From the NCBI GenBank assembly GCA_903845125.1, contig CAIMWS010000526.1, positions 429-64,428 of the forward strand: 64,000 nucleotides of DNA. The letters run 5' to 3'. Of this stretch, positions 46,401-55,421 are shown piece after piece (within the stretch, counting starts at the first letter, position 1; each line of letters opens with the position of its first letter). A program made the position numbers and the translations under genes. Source of the stretch: an uncultured Verrucomicrobiota bacterium. GTDB lineage: Bacteria; Verrucomicrobiota; Verrucomicrobiia; Limisphaerales; UBA1319. The notes below the pieces were generated by a model. The model was not told the origin of the DNA. It saw only the letters and a program-made list of their open reading frames with translations, and made no database searches.

Positions 46401-47200
46401 AGCAGCTCCGCCTCCCCTTTTTTCACGCCGAACGCAAACTCCCGCTTGTAATCGGCAATCACCGGACCAGCCGCCAGGCCGTGCACTTCATGGCGCCGCA
46501 GGGCCAGGGAACCGATCAGTTTCGAACCGAGAAAGGCGTCGTGCCGGCCGGAGGCCACCAGCTTCAGGCCGGCCGGGATGGTATCGGCCAGGATGATTCG
46601 GCCGGGGAAATTCCGCTCCTCCAGGATGTGGTGGGCGGCGTCTGAGCGCATCACCACGATCTCCTTGCCGGCGGCCCCGTCCAGGCTGCGGATGGGCGGC
46701 GCCCCCCGGCGCACGAAAAAGGCGTCGTACGTCTCGGTGTGCGGCAGGCTGAAATCCGCGGACTGGAGGCGCCCGGGCAGCTTCGCCACCATGGGCAGAA
46801 CCTCCAATTGACCGGCGGCGAGCTGGTTCCACAACGCATCCCAGGTTCCCGTTGTAATGGCGATGGGCAAACCCATGGCGCCGGCCACCGCCCGGATCAG
46901 GTCCACCCCGAAACCGGCTGGTTGCCCATCCTGGCCCACAAAGGAATAAGGACTAAATTCCAGCTCGCTGCCCACCCGGATGGGGGCCACACCGGGCGCC
47001 GCCCAGCCCAAGGTCCCGGCCAAAAACAGGATGGCCAGGACCGTCCAGGAGAACCCCCGCCGACCGCCGGGCCGCCCCAGACTGGATCCTAAGAAGCTCA
47101 AGCTGCCGCTGGAAAATCCCACCGGAGTGTAGCTGCCTCCTTGGCCCGCTTTCCGGCGGCGGTGCCAGAGGCGCTGCCTCAATATCGATGTACCGGACAT
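43478..47200 (-). CDS. sensor histidine kinase: periplasmic solute-binding (SBP family 3-like) domain, TM, multiple PAS domains, HisKA_2/HWE-type kinase
   Basis: SBP-like IRVGSELEFSPYSF..GFGVDLIRAV. TM LLAALLVVAAWLAAL. At least five PAS modules. H-box EVHHRVKNNLQIVNSLLSLQ. ATPase domain ELVSNALKHAF..DDGAGLP. Confidence 0.9.
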   Translation of the reverse strand: MSGTSILRQRLWHRRRKAGQGGSYTPVGFSSGSLSFLGSSLGRPGGRRGFSWTVLAILFLAGTLGWAAPGVAPIRVGSELEFSPYSFVGQDGQPAGFGVDLIRAVAGAMGLPIAITTGTWDALWNQLAAGQLEVLPMVAKLPGRLQSADFSLPHTETYDAFFVRRGAPPIRSLDGAAGKEIVVMRSDAAHHILEERNFPGRIILADTIPAGLKLVASGRHDAFLGSKLIGSLALRRHEVHGLAAGPVIADYKREFAFGVKKGEAELLERLNQGLMIIKANGEYQRIYDRWLDEELPWEHLKLYWRPAALGLLAALLVVAAWLAALQRLVRKSTRELAEKNAALGRIQVGLEQAVADRTAELQTANAQLRTEIAERQAAEAKLSRQAAFTRSIFDSTGASMAVVDATGKIIEVNAVWRQFGQENGARVETAWGVGEPYFPADPGAESDPSSADAYAGIRQVQRGLLPAFHREYMCRMPQGEGWCAMQVTPVANEPGTVLVAHRDVTERKRAEADLRMKDRAVESSINGIAMADLQGRLTYVNTAFLRMWGYERREEVLGRSVLDFWLVPEQAGVVFSALQTQGGWEGELSGRRKDGTHFEVQLSGSQVVDNWQQPLCVLGSFVDITARKQTEQALRASEERLHQALAAAKSGSWEWNLLTNENFWSEEIWPLYGLKPHAVQPSYDNWLQTVHPEDQPRTTAILREAVEQGAGLNVEWRVAATGRWLLSRGQPMPGAGGRVDRYLGVVMDITERKRSEDALRASEERLHQAQAAAKSGSWEWKLASNENYWSEEIWPLYGLERDAVQPSYEIWLQTMHPEDRSRTTAILQEAVRQGAELNLEWRVAGTERWLLSRGQPVRGAGGRVERYLGVVMDITERKRSEEALRESEERFQTAFRHAPIGMALVAPDGRWLKVNPAAGRLLGYSERELQAVTFQELTHPDDLQADVDLVSRVLAGELESYQMEKRYFHRSGAVVWALLSVSLVRDERGQPRHFISQIQDITERKRVEASLRSSLEEKVSLLKEVHHRVKNNLQIVNSLLSLQSRRLQNREAVEALQDTRNRVSSMALLHEALYRSENLARINFPAYVEQLCNTLLRSFGPAAARVQVERRIARIGLPLDQSMPCGLIITELVSNALKHAFPDGRAGRVVVELDSGADHRLVLRVSDDGAGLPPDFKIERAASLGMRLVTDLASQLDGEWTLASPGAGAPATEAGPGQPGGTVFQVAFPPPKGTEMEPQP
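44561..45310. repeat. tandem 375-nt duplication (two PAS modules) inside the kinase gene
   Basis: ggaccgcttgcgctc(g/c)gtgatgtccatcaccacccc starts at both 44561 and 44936, exactly 375 nt apart. The encoded copies share AAKSGSWEW, WSEEIWPLYGL, AVQPSY, WLLSRGQP and YLGVVMDITERKRSE. Confidence 0.85.
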
Positions 47201-47251
47201 TTATTCTCTTACACCGGGACCAATAATACACTGGTGCGCCATCATTGTCGC

Positions 47252-47277
47252 CAGAAAAATGGGCAGAAAAATGGGCA
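47252..47277. repeat. tandem 12-nt direct repeat cagaaaaatggg x2
   Basis: Read directly, 52-77 nt upstream (minus-strand sense) of the kinase start at 47200. Confidence 0.8.
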
Positions 47278-47406
47278 TGGCGAGTCTGGCCGGATGCGCT
47301 TGCCGGCCGGGCGCAGGAACGCCAGCCCAGCGGTGGAACCACGATGGCCATTGCCCCAAGCGTATGGGCCTGGTGCAGCCGGGCAGGAACGCCATACACA
47401 CGAAAA

Positions 47407-47435
47407 GCCGGTGTTCCTGAGACAGGAACACCGGC
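47407..47435 (-). terminator. intrinsic terminator of the 47475..51029 gene
   Basis: Perfect 13-bp stem GCCGGTGTTCCTG / CAGGAACACCGGC with a 3-nt loop, 40 nt after the stop. On the minus strand it is followed by TTTTCGTGTG. Confidence 0.7.
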
Positions 47436-47474
47436 CCCAAAGAAAGCCAGGTTAAAACCTGGATTTGATGCCGT

Positions 47475-50400
47475 TTACCGGGAGATCACCGTATAGGTCA
47501 GTTCCACTTTCTGGCCGCTCACGGTGATGCTCTTGATGGTGACCACCGGCGTCACGCCCGGAGTGGCGGTGTACTTCAAACGGTAGAATTTGGGCGAGCC
47601 AGCGAGACTGGTAGTGATCTTTTTGGCGGAATCGTCCACGGCGGCCGCGGTCTCCGCCACAAACGGGCCACTGGCAGCGGAAGCCGACTCCAGCACCACG
47701 GATGGTGCGGAAATGGTGGCATAGGCCTTGATGGCGCCCGAAGTGGCCGGATCATTGATCAAGGTCCGCGTTGGGGTGGCGGCGAAGTCGGTGGAAAACC
47801 ATTCGACGTTCGCGCCGCCGCCACGCTCGTACCACACCATCCGGAACCGGTACAGGCCGCCTTGGGCGACCACGAACTCGTAGGTTTCATCCGCGGTCCC
47901 GCCATTGTGGAAAGCCAGGGGCGTGGCCGAGCGGTTGCTGAAGTCATCGACCACCTGGACTTTATAGCCGTCGTCGCTCCGGGTGCCAAACCGGTAGGTG
48001 CCCGCCGGGAGATCCAGGTAGGTGGTGATTTCCATCGCGAGGTCGTCGTTAACCCCGGTTTCGGCAAGGCCGGGGATGCCGGCATCCTCGGGGAAATAGC
48101 CATCGGCGGAACCGGGTCCCGTCTGGGAATAATTGATCACCTGCGCCACTTCGTTGGTTTCCATCAATTTCACCAACGCGGTGGCGGGATTGAGAAGCGC
48201 TTCGGCAAAAGCCAGGCTGTTGTCCGTATTCACACCTTGGACTTCCTGCACCACCCGGACATTGAACCCGCGGTCTTTACCGGTGCCGCTGACCCGCAAG
48301 GCGGGATCGAGCGACTTGTAGCTGATCACGAAATCCCAGGCGGAGGAGACTTCCACCCCCTGGTTATCCTTGAAGGTCACCACCGCATGGTTGGTGGCGC
48401 CGGAGGCAGGCAGCGGAGTGATCTTGTAAGTGAGACCCGCCCCGGTGGCCTCGGCGGATACGGTGGCCGTCACCTGGGCGCCGTTTAATTGGAGCTTGAT
48501 GGTGGCCGTGTCCACCGAGGTGTCGCGATTCTGGATGGTGGCCGAGAGGACCGGCGCCGTGGTTTCCAGCGTCGTTCCGGCCGCTGGCGAAATGGAGCTG
48601 ACCGTGGCCCGCTGGACGCCGGCGGCGGCCACGGGGACGAAAATCAGGTAGTTTTGGAGCCGCGCGCCATCGCTGGAGTCGGCGGTGACCTGCCGCAAAC
48701 GCAGGGTGGTTTTGCCGTCCAGGCGCAGGACAATTTTATTCAGGCCGGCGCCATCGGTGAGCGGGAAGTTCCGGTATTGGAATCCGGTGAGGGAGCCGAG
48801 GAAGGAGCCGAGCACCTTGGTGGCGGGAGCGGGCTGGGTGGGATCGCCCGTGACTTGCTCCAGGACGCTTTCGCCGGAGGCCATGTTGGCCAGGGATTCC
48901 CGCAGATAGACTTCGTAGGACCCAGCGGGGAAAGTGCGGGTGTAATTGAGCCATTCGCCCGTCGCGATGTCGCCCACGTCATAATCAAACACCCCGCCCG
49001 CGCTGCCGCCAAGACTCGCGAATTTGGCGCGGGTGAAGTCCCGGGAATGAATCATCCGGATGGGATCCGAAGGCCGGTACATGGTGTCGTTGCCATTGGG
49101 GGAGGTGCGCGTCTCCGAGTAATCGACATCCACCACGCCGACCTGCCCGTAGTAGGTGTCCGCGGCTGGCGCGCCCTCGACGGAGGGGGCGGGATTGTTG
49201 ATGAAGTTGCCGCCTTCGAAGTTGTAGTCCTCGATTTCGATGGTCGGATTGCCGGCCAGGAACGTGTCGAAATAAATGGTGTGCCGGGTCACCAAACCTT
49301 CCGAGTCTTCCGCCTGCAGGATGGCCGTGTAATTGGTATTGGCGATCAATCCGCCCAAGGTGACGGTTTTGGCGCCACCGGTGCCGGTTACGACGACCCC
49401 GTTGTTGGTGGAATAAAGGGTGCCATTGAGCAGGATGGTCAGCTTGTCGTTGCCCAGCGCCTTGTCGTCAGTGGCCTTGAAGGAGATCTGGGTTGAAGCG
49501 GGCAGGAAATTCGAGAAATCGGCGGGCAGCGTATCCAAAAGGATGGGCGCGGTATTCGCGGCGGCTGGTGGCGCCGCCACCACGGCGTTATCGAACACCA
49601 CCTGGTAGGGATCCTCCACCGCATTGCGGTCATAATCGGCATACAGATACAGCACAAAATTGCCGCTGCCGTAGAACGGCGCCGCCGGATTGTCGGTGCC
49701 ATCCGCCATGACATCGGCCGCCGGGGTATCCACGACCGTTTTCTGCCACAGGACCGCATTGTCGGCGTCTTTATCCAAGGCCTTTGCTTCAATGACCACG
49801 CTGCCGTTTTTTCCGGTCAGCGAAAGCACCAGGGTGATGTTTTCCTGCTTCAGATTGGCCGCCGGGCCGGCATCGGCCACGAAATACTGGTTGATCCCTT
49901 TGACAACCAGGATGTCCGTGGTGGATTTGGCCAGGCTGTAACCTTTCAGCTGGCCGGGACCGCCCGAGGCTGACGGAATGAAGCTGAGCACCGCAAAGGA
50001 GTCCTTGGCGCCGCCTTTGATCACGTCCACGCTGAAAACGATCCGCTCACCCTCGACAATATCGAAGGTGCGGGTGGTTTTGGTGCTGGCCGAGAACAGC
50101 CCGCTGTTGGCCGCCTGGAGGACGGCGCCGGGCATGGCGAAGGTGAACTGGCCGTTCTGCTGCACGGGCAGGCCCATGCCGGGGACAAAGGTGAAATCGG
50201 TCCAGCCGGTTTTAGTGGCACCGTTGAAGTCATCCAGTACCGCGGTCTCCGTGACATAGACCTCCGCGTTGTCATAGGTGGCCTGGTAGGGGTCTTCCAC
50301 CGCCGAAGCTTTGTATTGGGCATACAGGTAAAGGCCGAAATTCCCGCTCTCCACGTAGGGTTTGGCCGGGTCATCCTTGCCGCCCGCCATCACGTCGGCG

Positions 50401-51029
50401 TTCGGGGAATCCACCACGGTGCGTTCCCACAGCACGGCATCCGCGGCGCTTTTATCGAGGACTTTGGCATTGATGATCACGCCACCGTTTTTTACGGTCA
50501 GGGACAGCACCAGGGTAATGTTGTCGTTCTTGACCGTGCCCGTGGGGGTATCGTCATCCACGAAGTATTGGTTGATCCCTTTGGCGATGAGGATTTCGTT
50601 GGCCGATTTGGCAAGGCTATAGCCTTTGAGCTGGCCCGGCCCCCCCGCCGAAGAGGGGACAAAACCGAGGATCGCGAACGAATTGGGCCCTCCGCCCTGC
50701 ACGACATCCGCGCGGAATTCGACGGTTCGCCCTTCCTGCAGGGTGAAAGTCTCCGAGGACTTGGTGCTGGCCCAAAAAAGCGAGGAGTTGGCCGCCTGCA
50801 GGATCTGGCCAGGAACGGCAAAGGTGAAACGCCCGCCTTGCTGAACCGGCAGGCCGATCTCCTGGTATGGGGTTCCCGCCAGGAAGGTGAAGTCGGCCCA
50901 ACCGGTCTTGGTGGCGCCATCGAAATTATCCAGGACGCGCCCCTGCGATCCGGCTGAGCAGGCCAGCCAGAAGCCCAGCGCCAAGCCCGGCAACGCGCTG
51001 CCAATTAACTTTGCATGATTCTGTTTCAT
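47475..51029 (-). CDS. large secreted surface protein: two LamG/jelly-roll-like modules, Ig-like domains, PA14-like domain
   Basis: Signal peptide LPGLALGFWLACSAG. Internal duplication of about 225 aa. PA14-like segment TYLDLPAGTYRFGTRSDDGYKVQV..LYRFRMVWYERGGGANVEWF. AAGGAG lies 6 nt upstream of the ATG. Confidence 0.8.
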   Translation of the reverse strand: MKQNHAKLIGSALPGLALGFWLACSAGSQGRVLDNFDGATKTGWADFTFLAGTPYQEIGLPVQQGGRFTFAVPGQILQAANSSLFWASTKSSETFTLQEGRTVEFRADVVQGGGPNSFAILGFVPSSAGGPGQLKGYSLAKSANEILIAKGINQYFVDDDTPTGTVKNDNITLVLSLTVKNGGVIINAKVLDKSAADAVLWERTVVDSPNADVMAGGKDDPAKPYVESGNFGLYLYAQYKASAVEDPYQATYDNAEVYVTETAVLDDFNGATKTGWTDFTFVPGMGLPVQQNGQFTFAMPGAVLQAANSGLFSASTKTTRTFDIVEGERIVFSVDVIKGGAKDSFAVLSFIPSASGGPGQLKGYSLAKSTTDILVVKGINQYFVADAGPAANLKQENITLVLSLTGKNGSVVIEAKALDKDADNAVLWQKTVVDTPAADVMADGTDNPAAPFYGSGNFVLYLYADYDRNAVEDPYQVVFDNAVVAAPPAAANTAPILLDTLPADFSNFLPASTQISFKATDDKALGNDKLTILLNGTLYSTNNGVVVTGTGGAKTVTLGGLIANTNYTAILQAEDSEGLVTRHTIYFDTFLAGNPTIEIEDYNFEGGNFINNPAPSVEGAPAADTYYGQVGVVDVDYSETRTSPNGNDTMYRPSDPIRMIHSRDFTRAKFASLGGSAGGVFDYDVGDIATGEWLNYTRTFPAGSYEVYLRESLANMASGESVLEQVTGDPTQPAPATKVLGSFLGSLTGFQYRNFPLTDGAGLNKIVLRLDGKTTLRLRQVTADSSDGARLQNYLIFVPVAAAGVQRATVSSISPAAGTTLETTAPVLSATIQNRDTSVDTATIKLQLNGAQVTATVSAEATGAGLTYKITPLPASGATNHAVVTFKDNQGVEVSSAWDFVISYKSLDPALRVSGTGKDRGFNVRVVQEVQGVNTDNSLAFAEALLNPATALVKLMETNEVAQVINYSQTGPGSADGYFPEDAGIPGLAETGVNDDLAMEITTYLDLPAGTYRFGTRSDDGYKVQVVDDFSNRSATPLAFHNGGTADETYEFVVAQGGLYRFRMVWYERGGGANVEWFSTDFAATPTRTLINDPATSGAIKAYATISAPSVVLESASAASGPFVAETAAAVDDSAKKITTSLAGSPKFYRLKYTATPGVTPVVTIKSITVSGQKVELTYTVISR
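49578..50939. repeat. internal tandem duplication of a ~225-aa module (aa 31-258 and 263-484)
   Basis: The copies share LD.F.GATKTGW.DFTF, LPVQQ.G.FTFA.PG..LQAANS.LF.ASTK, GGPGQLKGYSLAKS, KGINQYFV, ENITLVLSLT, AVLW..TVVD.P.ADVMA and AVEDPYQ. Confidence 0.8.
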
Positions 51030-51035
51030 GGAGAA

Positions 51036-51041
51036 CTCCTT
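51036..51041 (-). promoter_or_regulatory. Shine-Dalgarno AAGGAG for the large surface protein gene
   Basis: The minus strand reads TAAGGAGTTCTCC ATG. Confidence 0.5.
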
Positions 51042-51371
51042 ATCTTGCGACGGGTGGCAAATACAGTTTGTCGAAACCCTTCGTATTCACGGCATTTGTG
51101 CAGTTTTTCCCTCACAACCACAGGCCACAGACTGTGACTCGCAACGACCCGGTTGCGGTATTGGCCCATAACACGGATTAAAGAGTAGCATAAGCCCAGC
51201 GCTTTCGCCGTGTCAAACATGGAAATTTTTTTCGCGGCGCGGGGGGGGCCGCTGGAAAAAGGGGATTCAACGGGGTAACCCGTGCGGGTTGCTTTGGGGT
51301 TGCCTGGGGAAAAGGTGCGGCGTAGAGTCTGAACCGTTCCGAAATACTAAATTCTGTCCGCGCGGAGATAT

Positions 51372-51728
51372 ATGAGAATGTTCAGTTGCCTGGCCATGAC
51401 GTGGCTGGCCTTGGTGCTATCGGCGGGTGGCTGCGCCCAAAAACCGCCCATGGATGCGGCCGTCCTGGAGCAAGCGTTCACCACGGCCCCCCCGGCGGAT
51501 CAGAATTCGCTGGCCCAGGTGGTGTCAGCGGTTCAAAGAAAGGATTACGCGGGAGCGCTGGCGATGCTCCAGCTGATGCAGACGCAGCCGCAATTTTCCC
51601 CCGGTCAAAAAGAGGCCATGGCCCGGGCGATCCAGCAACTGCAAGCCTTCCTGGGTGCAGCCACAAGCCCGGCCGCCGACGCGCCCGCCAGTCCGCCCCC
51701 GGCGCCCGCCGCCAAACCGGGCGAATGA
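51372..51728 (+). CDS. small lipoprotein, function unknown
   Basis: MRMFSCLAMTWLALVLSAGGCAQK contains a lipobox, and GGAGA lies upstream of the ATG. Helical body and Ala/Pro-rich tail. Confidence 0.55.
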   Translation: MRMFSCLAMTWLALVLSAGGCAQKPPMDAAVLEQAFTTAPPADQNSLAQVVSAVQRKDYAGALAMLQLMQTQPQFSPGQKEAMARAIQQLQAFLGAATSPAADAPASPPPAPAAKPGE

Positions 51729-51762
51729 CCGCCACCCCTTAATACGCTGCCTGGATTTTTTT

Positions 51763-53325
51763 ATGACCCTCGAAGATATCCGCCTCCGGCTGCAGGAAAT
51801 GGCGCTGGCCACCCCGGTGATCGATGCCCACACGCACATCCAGGATGACCTCACCGGGTTTACCCGCGAGCTGGCGGCCGGCAACCTGGCCGGCACCCAG
51901 GCCTCCGTGAACAAACCGCCGGCCAGCCTGGTGGAGGCGGGGATCCGCCAGGGCCGGCTGGTGCGGCGCACGATGATGGACGCCACCCACGGACTGTTCT
52001 ATTCCTGGTTTTCCCAGATTGTCGAAGGCGCGGGCAACCGGCTGGACGAGGGGATCCGGAAGATCGGGGCGAACACCGACGCGGAACGGCGCGCCGCGGG
52101 CCGGTTCATGGTGGAGCAGCTGCAGGGAAGCCGTTATTCCGAATACGCCGAGTGGCTCCGGTATATGTACCGGCTGTATCCCGGCCTCCCCCAGGATGTG
52201 GATCCGCTGGACCCGGCGCATTTCCACCGGGTGGCCGAGGCCGTAGCGAGCCGGCGGAACCAGCCGGAATTCGCCGGGGAGGTGCTCCGGAACCACCAGG
52301 TGCGGGCCTACGTGACGAGCATCGAAAACCGGGACCAGGTGCCGCTGCAGCCGCCGGTGCGCCCGGGGGCGGTGGATCTCTCCCACAGCACGCATGCCGA
52401 GGCGTGGAACATGTTCGACATCAACGGCTTCATCTGGCCGGAACGGGCGACCGATTTCGGCCTGTTCACCGCGGGGCACAAATTCGAGGCGGAGCGGTAT
52501 ATCCTGCATTTGGAGGAGTATTTCGAGCGGGAAATCCGCAATGTGGCCACCTTGCAGGACGCCACGCAGGCCTTTTTCTGGCGCATCCTCCGCAGCCCCA
52601 AGGCCAACCCGCACAGCCGCATCCTTTACGTGGATGGCTTCCACGCCCAAAATTGGCGCTTCAGCCAGCCGTGGTCCAAAACGACCGTGGACTGGTCCCT
52701 GGCGCACGCCCGCACCCAGTTGGATGGGGAGCACCGGCGGCAGGTCATCGCCTGCGTGGCGGAAGGGATGCTGGCGGCGCTGGAGGATATTGGGCGCGAG
52801 CGGCGGCAGGCGGGGGCGCCCTACGGGGTTTGCCTCCAGCTGTGCGGGGGCGCCCGGCATTTCCTGGATTGGGCCCGGGAGATCCAATCCCTGCCCGAAT
52901 ACATCCCCAACCTGCCGCAGGACGAATACCCGGTCTGGAGCCGTTATCCGAACGTCCATTTCGAGTATCTGGCCGCGCATGAGTTGCTCTACAACGACCT
53001 CGCCAATGCCGCCAAACAGGTGGGCAACCTCTCCGTCGGGCCGTGGTGGCACTATTTCCGCCGGCATAAGATCGCCCGGATGGTGCGGGACCAGATCAGC
53101 ATGGGCCCGCTAAAATCCATTGCTTGCGGCTTCACGGACGCCCGGTTCGTGGAGATGGTGGCCGCCAAGTATCAGACCCTGCGCCGGGGCGTGGCGGACG
53201 CCCTGGCGGAGCTGGTGGCGGACCAATATTCCGCCCTGTATCACGATTTTGAAGCCGCCGGCGGGGTGATGAAGGAACTGCTCTTCACCAATCCCGCCGC
53301 GGTGCATTACATACCGATCGATTAA
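51763..53325 (+). CDS. amidohydrolase-fold / uronate-isomerase-like protein (family uncertain)
   Basis: The start is trimmed to ATG 51763 (MTLEDIRLRLQEMALATPVIDAHTHIQD). The N-terminal xIDAHTH metal-binding-like motif is the only specific clue. Confidence 0.5.
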   Translation: MTLEDIRLRLQEMALATPVIDAHTHIQDDLTGFTRELAAGNLAGTQASVNKPPASLVEAGIRQGRLVRRTMMDATHGLFYSWFSQIVEGAGNRLDEGIRKIGANTDAERRAAGRFMVEQLQGSRYSEYAEWLRYMYRLYPGLPQDVDPLDPAHFHRVAEAVASRRNQPEFAGEVLRNHQVRAYVTSIENRDQVPLQPPVRPGAVDLSHSTHAEAWNMFDINGFIWPERATDFGLFTAGHKFEAERYILHLEEYFEREIRNVATLQDATQAFFWRILRSPKANPHSRILYVDGFHAQNWRFSQPWSKTTVDWSLAHARTQLDGEHRRQVIACVAEGMLAALEDIGRERRQAGAPYGVCLQLCGGARHFLDWAREIQSLPEYIPNLPQDEYPVWSRYPNVHFEYLAAHELLYNDLANAAKQVGNLSVGPWWHYFRRHKIARMVRDQISMGPLKSIACGFTDARFVEMVAAKYQTLRRGVADALAELVADQYSALYHDFEAAGGVMKELLFTNPAAVHYIPID

Positions 53326-53336
53326 CCCCTACCCCT

Positions 53337-55421
53337 ATGCCATCAAAAACCACCCTGCTCCTGGCCACCCTGCTCGCCGTCCCCTTGCTGGGGATTGCCC
53401 AGGATGCCCAAACCGTCACCACCGCCACCCTCCTCGAGGAAATGACCGATTTAGGCCGCCTGGCCCAATGGCCCAAACCCGCCTATCGCACCCTCCAGTT
53501 TTCCAGCTACGACCGCCGTTCAACCACCAGCGAGGCGCCCGGCTGGTTTGCCAACGCGGACGGTTTCGGAGGGGAGCCGATCCCCGGCTTCCTGAAAGTC
53601 CTGCGGCCGCCGGCTGGCGGCCAGGCGGGATTGTTCCTGGTGGCGGAGGCCGAAGGGCCGGGGGCTATCGTGCGGGGCTGGTCGGCGGGCATGGCGGGCA
53701 TCCTGCGGGTTTATCTGGATCCGCCGGCGGCGGGTTCCGGCGATGGCCAGCCCGTCTGGCAGGGTCCGGCCTACGAATTCCTGGCGCGGCGCTCGGGGCA
53801 ATACTGCGGGCAGGCCGGCCTCAAGCTGGACGCCAAAAATGCCTTCAGCCAGGAGGATGCCGATTACCTGCCCATTCCCTTCGCCCGCGGGCTGCGGGTG
53901 ACCTGGGAGGGAAAGCTCAATGAGCTGCACTTTTACCATCTCCAAGTCCGCCTTTACCAAAAGGGCACCGCGGTGCGGACCTTCAACCCGGCCACCGATT
54001 TACGGGATGCCCAGGAATTGCTGAAAACCGCCGCCACCCGGCTGACCCAGCCGGAGGCCGGGGCCGGGGAACGCCTCCCTTTGGAGGGCGCCCTGGAGCC
54101 GGGCCGCGCCTGGTCGTGGTCGCCACCCGCCAAAGGGCCAGGGGCCGTGCGCGAACTGAAGCTGCGCCTCCAGGGGGAGCCGTTGGACACCGTGCTGCGC
54201 GGCTGCCTGCTGCGCATTTCCTTCGACGGTTCCCAGCGGCCGCAGGTGGAGGCGCCGGTGGGGGATTTCTTCGCCTCCGGCCCCGGGGTGAACCCGTTTT
54301 CCAGCCTGCCCTTCACGGTCGAGCCAGGGGGCGCCATGGTCTGCCGGTTTGTGATGCCCTACGAAAAATCGGTGCGGATCGAAGTCCTGAACCATACGCT
54401 GATCCCGGCCCGCCTCACCGGCTCGGTTTTTTTGTCCCCCTGGGCCTGGGACGAAAGCTCCCTCTATTTCCGGGCCAAGTGGCGCGCGGACCACGACCTG
54501 CTGGCCGGGGCCGGGGCCATCGACCTGCCTTATCTGCTGGCGATCGGCAAGGGCGTGTTCGCCGGGTGCGCCGCCATGATCATGAATCCCACCGGGGTCC
54601 CCACCGCCGGCGGCAATTGGTGGGGCGAGGGGGATGAAAAAATCCTGGTTGATGGCGAGCTGCGGCCATCCACCTTTGGCACCGGGTCGGAAGATTATTT
54701 CAATTATTCCTGGAGCCGGCCCGACCTGTTTGACCACCCGTATTGCGGTCAGCCGCTCGATTCCGGCCCGGACACCGCCGGTTATGTGTCCAATCATCGG
54801 TTCCAGGTCACGGACGCCATTCCGTTCGAGAGATCGCTGGCGGTCTGCCTGGAGTTATGGGCCCACAACCGCACGCCGGGTTTAAGCTACGCCCGGATCG
54901 CCTATCATTATGCCCGGCCCGGAGCGATCGATGACCACCGCGGCTTGATGCCCGCGGACCTGGTGGTGCCCCCCCTGCCCAGGCGGGAGCCCAAGGCTTT
55001 GGGCGGCGCCACCGGCGCCCGGTTCCTTTACGCCGACCAAATGCAGCCCGAAGCGGTGGGCAGCCGGCTGGAATCCGCTCCGGAGCGCCTCGCCACCCGG
55101 CTGAAAACCGACCTCTGGCACGCCGAAAAAGGGGGCCGGCTCAAGCTCACCCTGCCGTTGGAGAAAGCCGGCCGCCTCGGCCTCCACCTGGTGGCGATCC
55201 ACCGTCCGGAGGGCGCCACCGTGCGCCTGCTGTTGGACGGCCAGCCCCTGGCGGCGGCCGACGGCAAAACGGAGATCCCTTTGCGCACCCGGCACGTCCC
55301 CCGCGACTTGAATGTCCATTTCAAACCGGTGCCGGTGGCGGCGGGGAGCCGGTCGCTCGTGTTGGAATGCGTGGAGCCGGGGCCGGTGGGTTTGGATTAT
55401 TTCTGGATCAAGACCGAGTAA
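53337..55421 (+). CDS. DUF2961 / glycoside hydrolase family 172-like protein, secreted
   Basis: Signal peptide LLLATLLAVPLLGIAQ. Hallmark motif GGNWWGEGDEKILVDGE..PSTFGTGSEDYFNYSW. Confidence 0.8.
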   Translation: MPSKTTLLLATLLAVPLLGIAQDAQTVTTATLLEEMTDLGRLAQWPKPAYRTLQFSSYDRRSTTSEAPGWFANADGFGGEPIPGFLKVLRPPAGGQAGLFLVAEAEGPGAIVRGWSAGMAGILRVYLDPPAAGSGDGQPVWQGPAYEFLARRSGQYCGQAGLKLDAKNAFSQEDADYLPIPFARGLRVTWEGKLNELHFYHLQVRLYQKGTAVRTFNPATDLRDAQELLKTAATRLTQPEAGAGERLPLEGALEPGRAWSWSPPAKGPGAVRELKLRLQGEPLDTVLRGCLLRISFDGSQRPQVEAPVGDFFASGPGVNPFSSLPFTVEPGGAMVCRFVMPYEKSVRIEVLNHTLIPARLTGSVFLSPWAWDESSLYFRAKWRADHDLLAGAGAIDLPYLLAIGKGVFAGCAAMIMNPTGVPTAGGNWWGEGDEKILVDGELRPSTFGTGSEDYFNYSWSRPDLFDHPYCGQPLDSGPDTAGYVSNHRFQVTDAIPFERSLAVCLELWAHNRTPGLSYARIAYHYARPGAIDDHRGLMPADLVVPPLPRREPKALGGATGARFLYADQMQPEAVGSRLESAPERLATRLKTDLWHAEKGGRLKLTLPLEKAGRLGLHLVAIHRPEGATVRLLLDGQPLAAADGKTEIPLRTRHVPRDLNVHFKPVPVAAGSRSLVLECVEPGPVGLDYFWIKTE

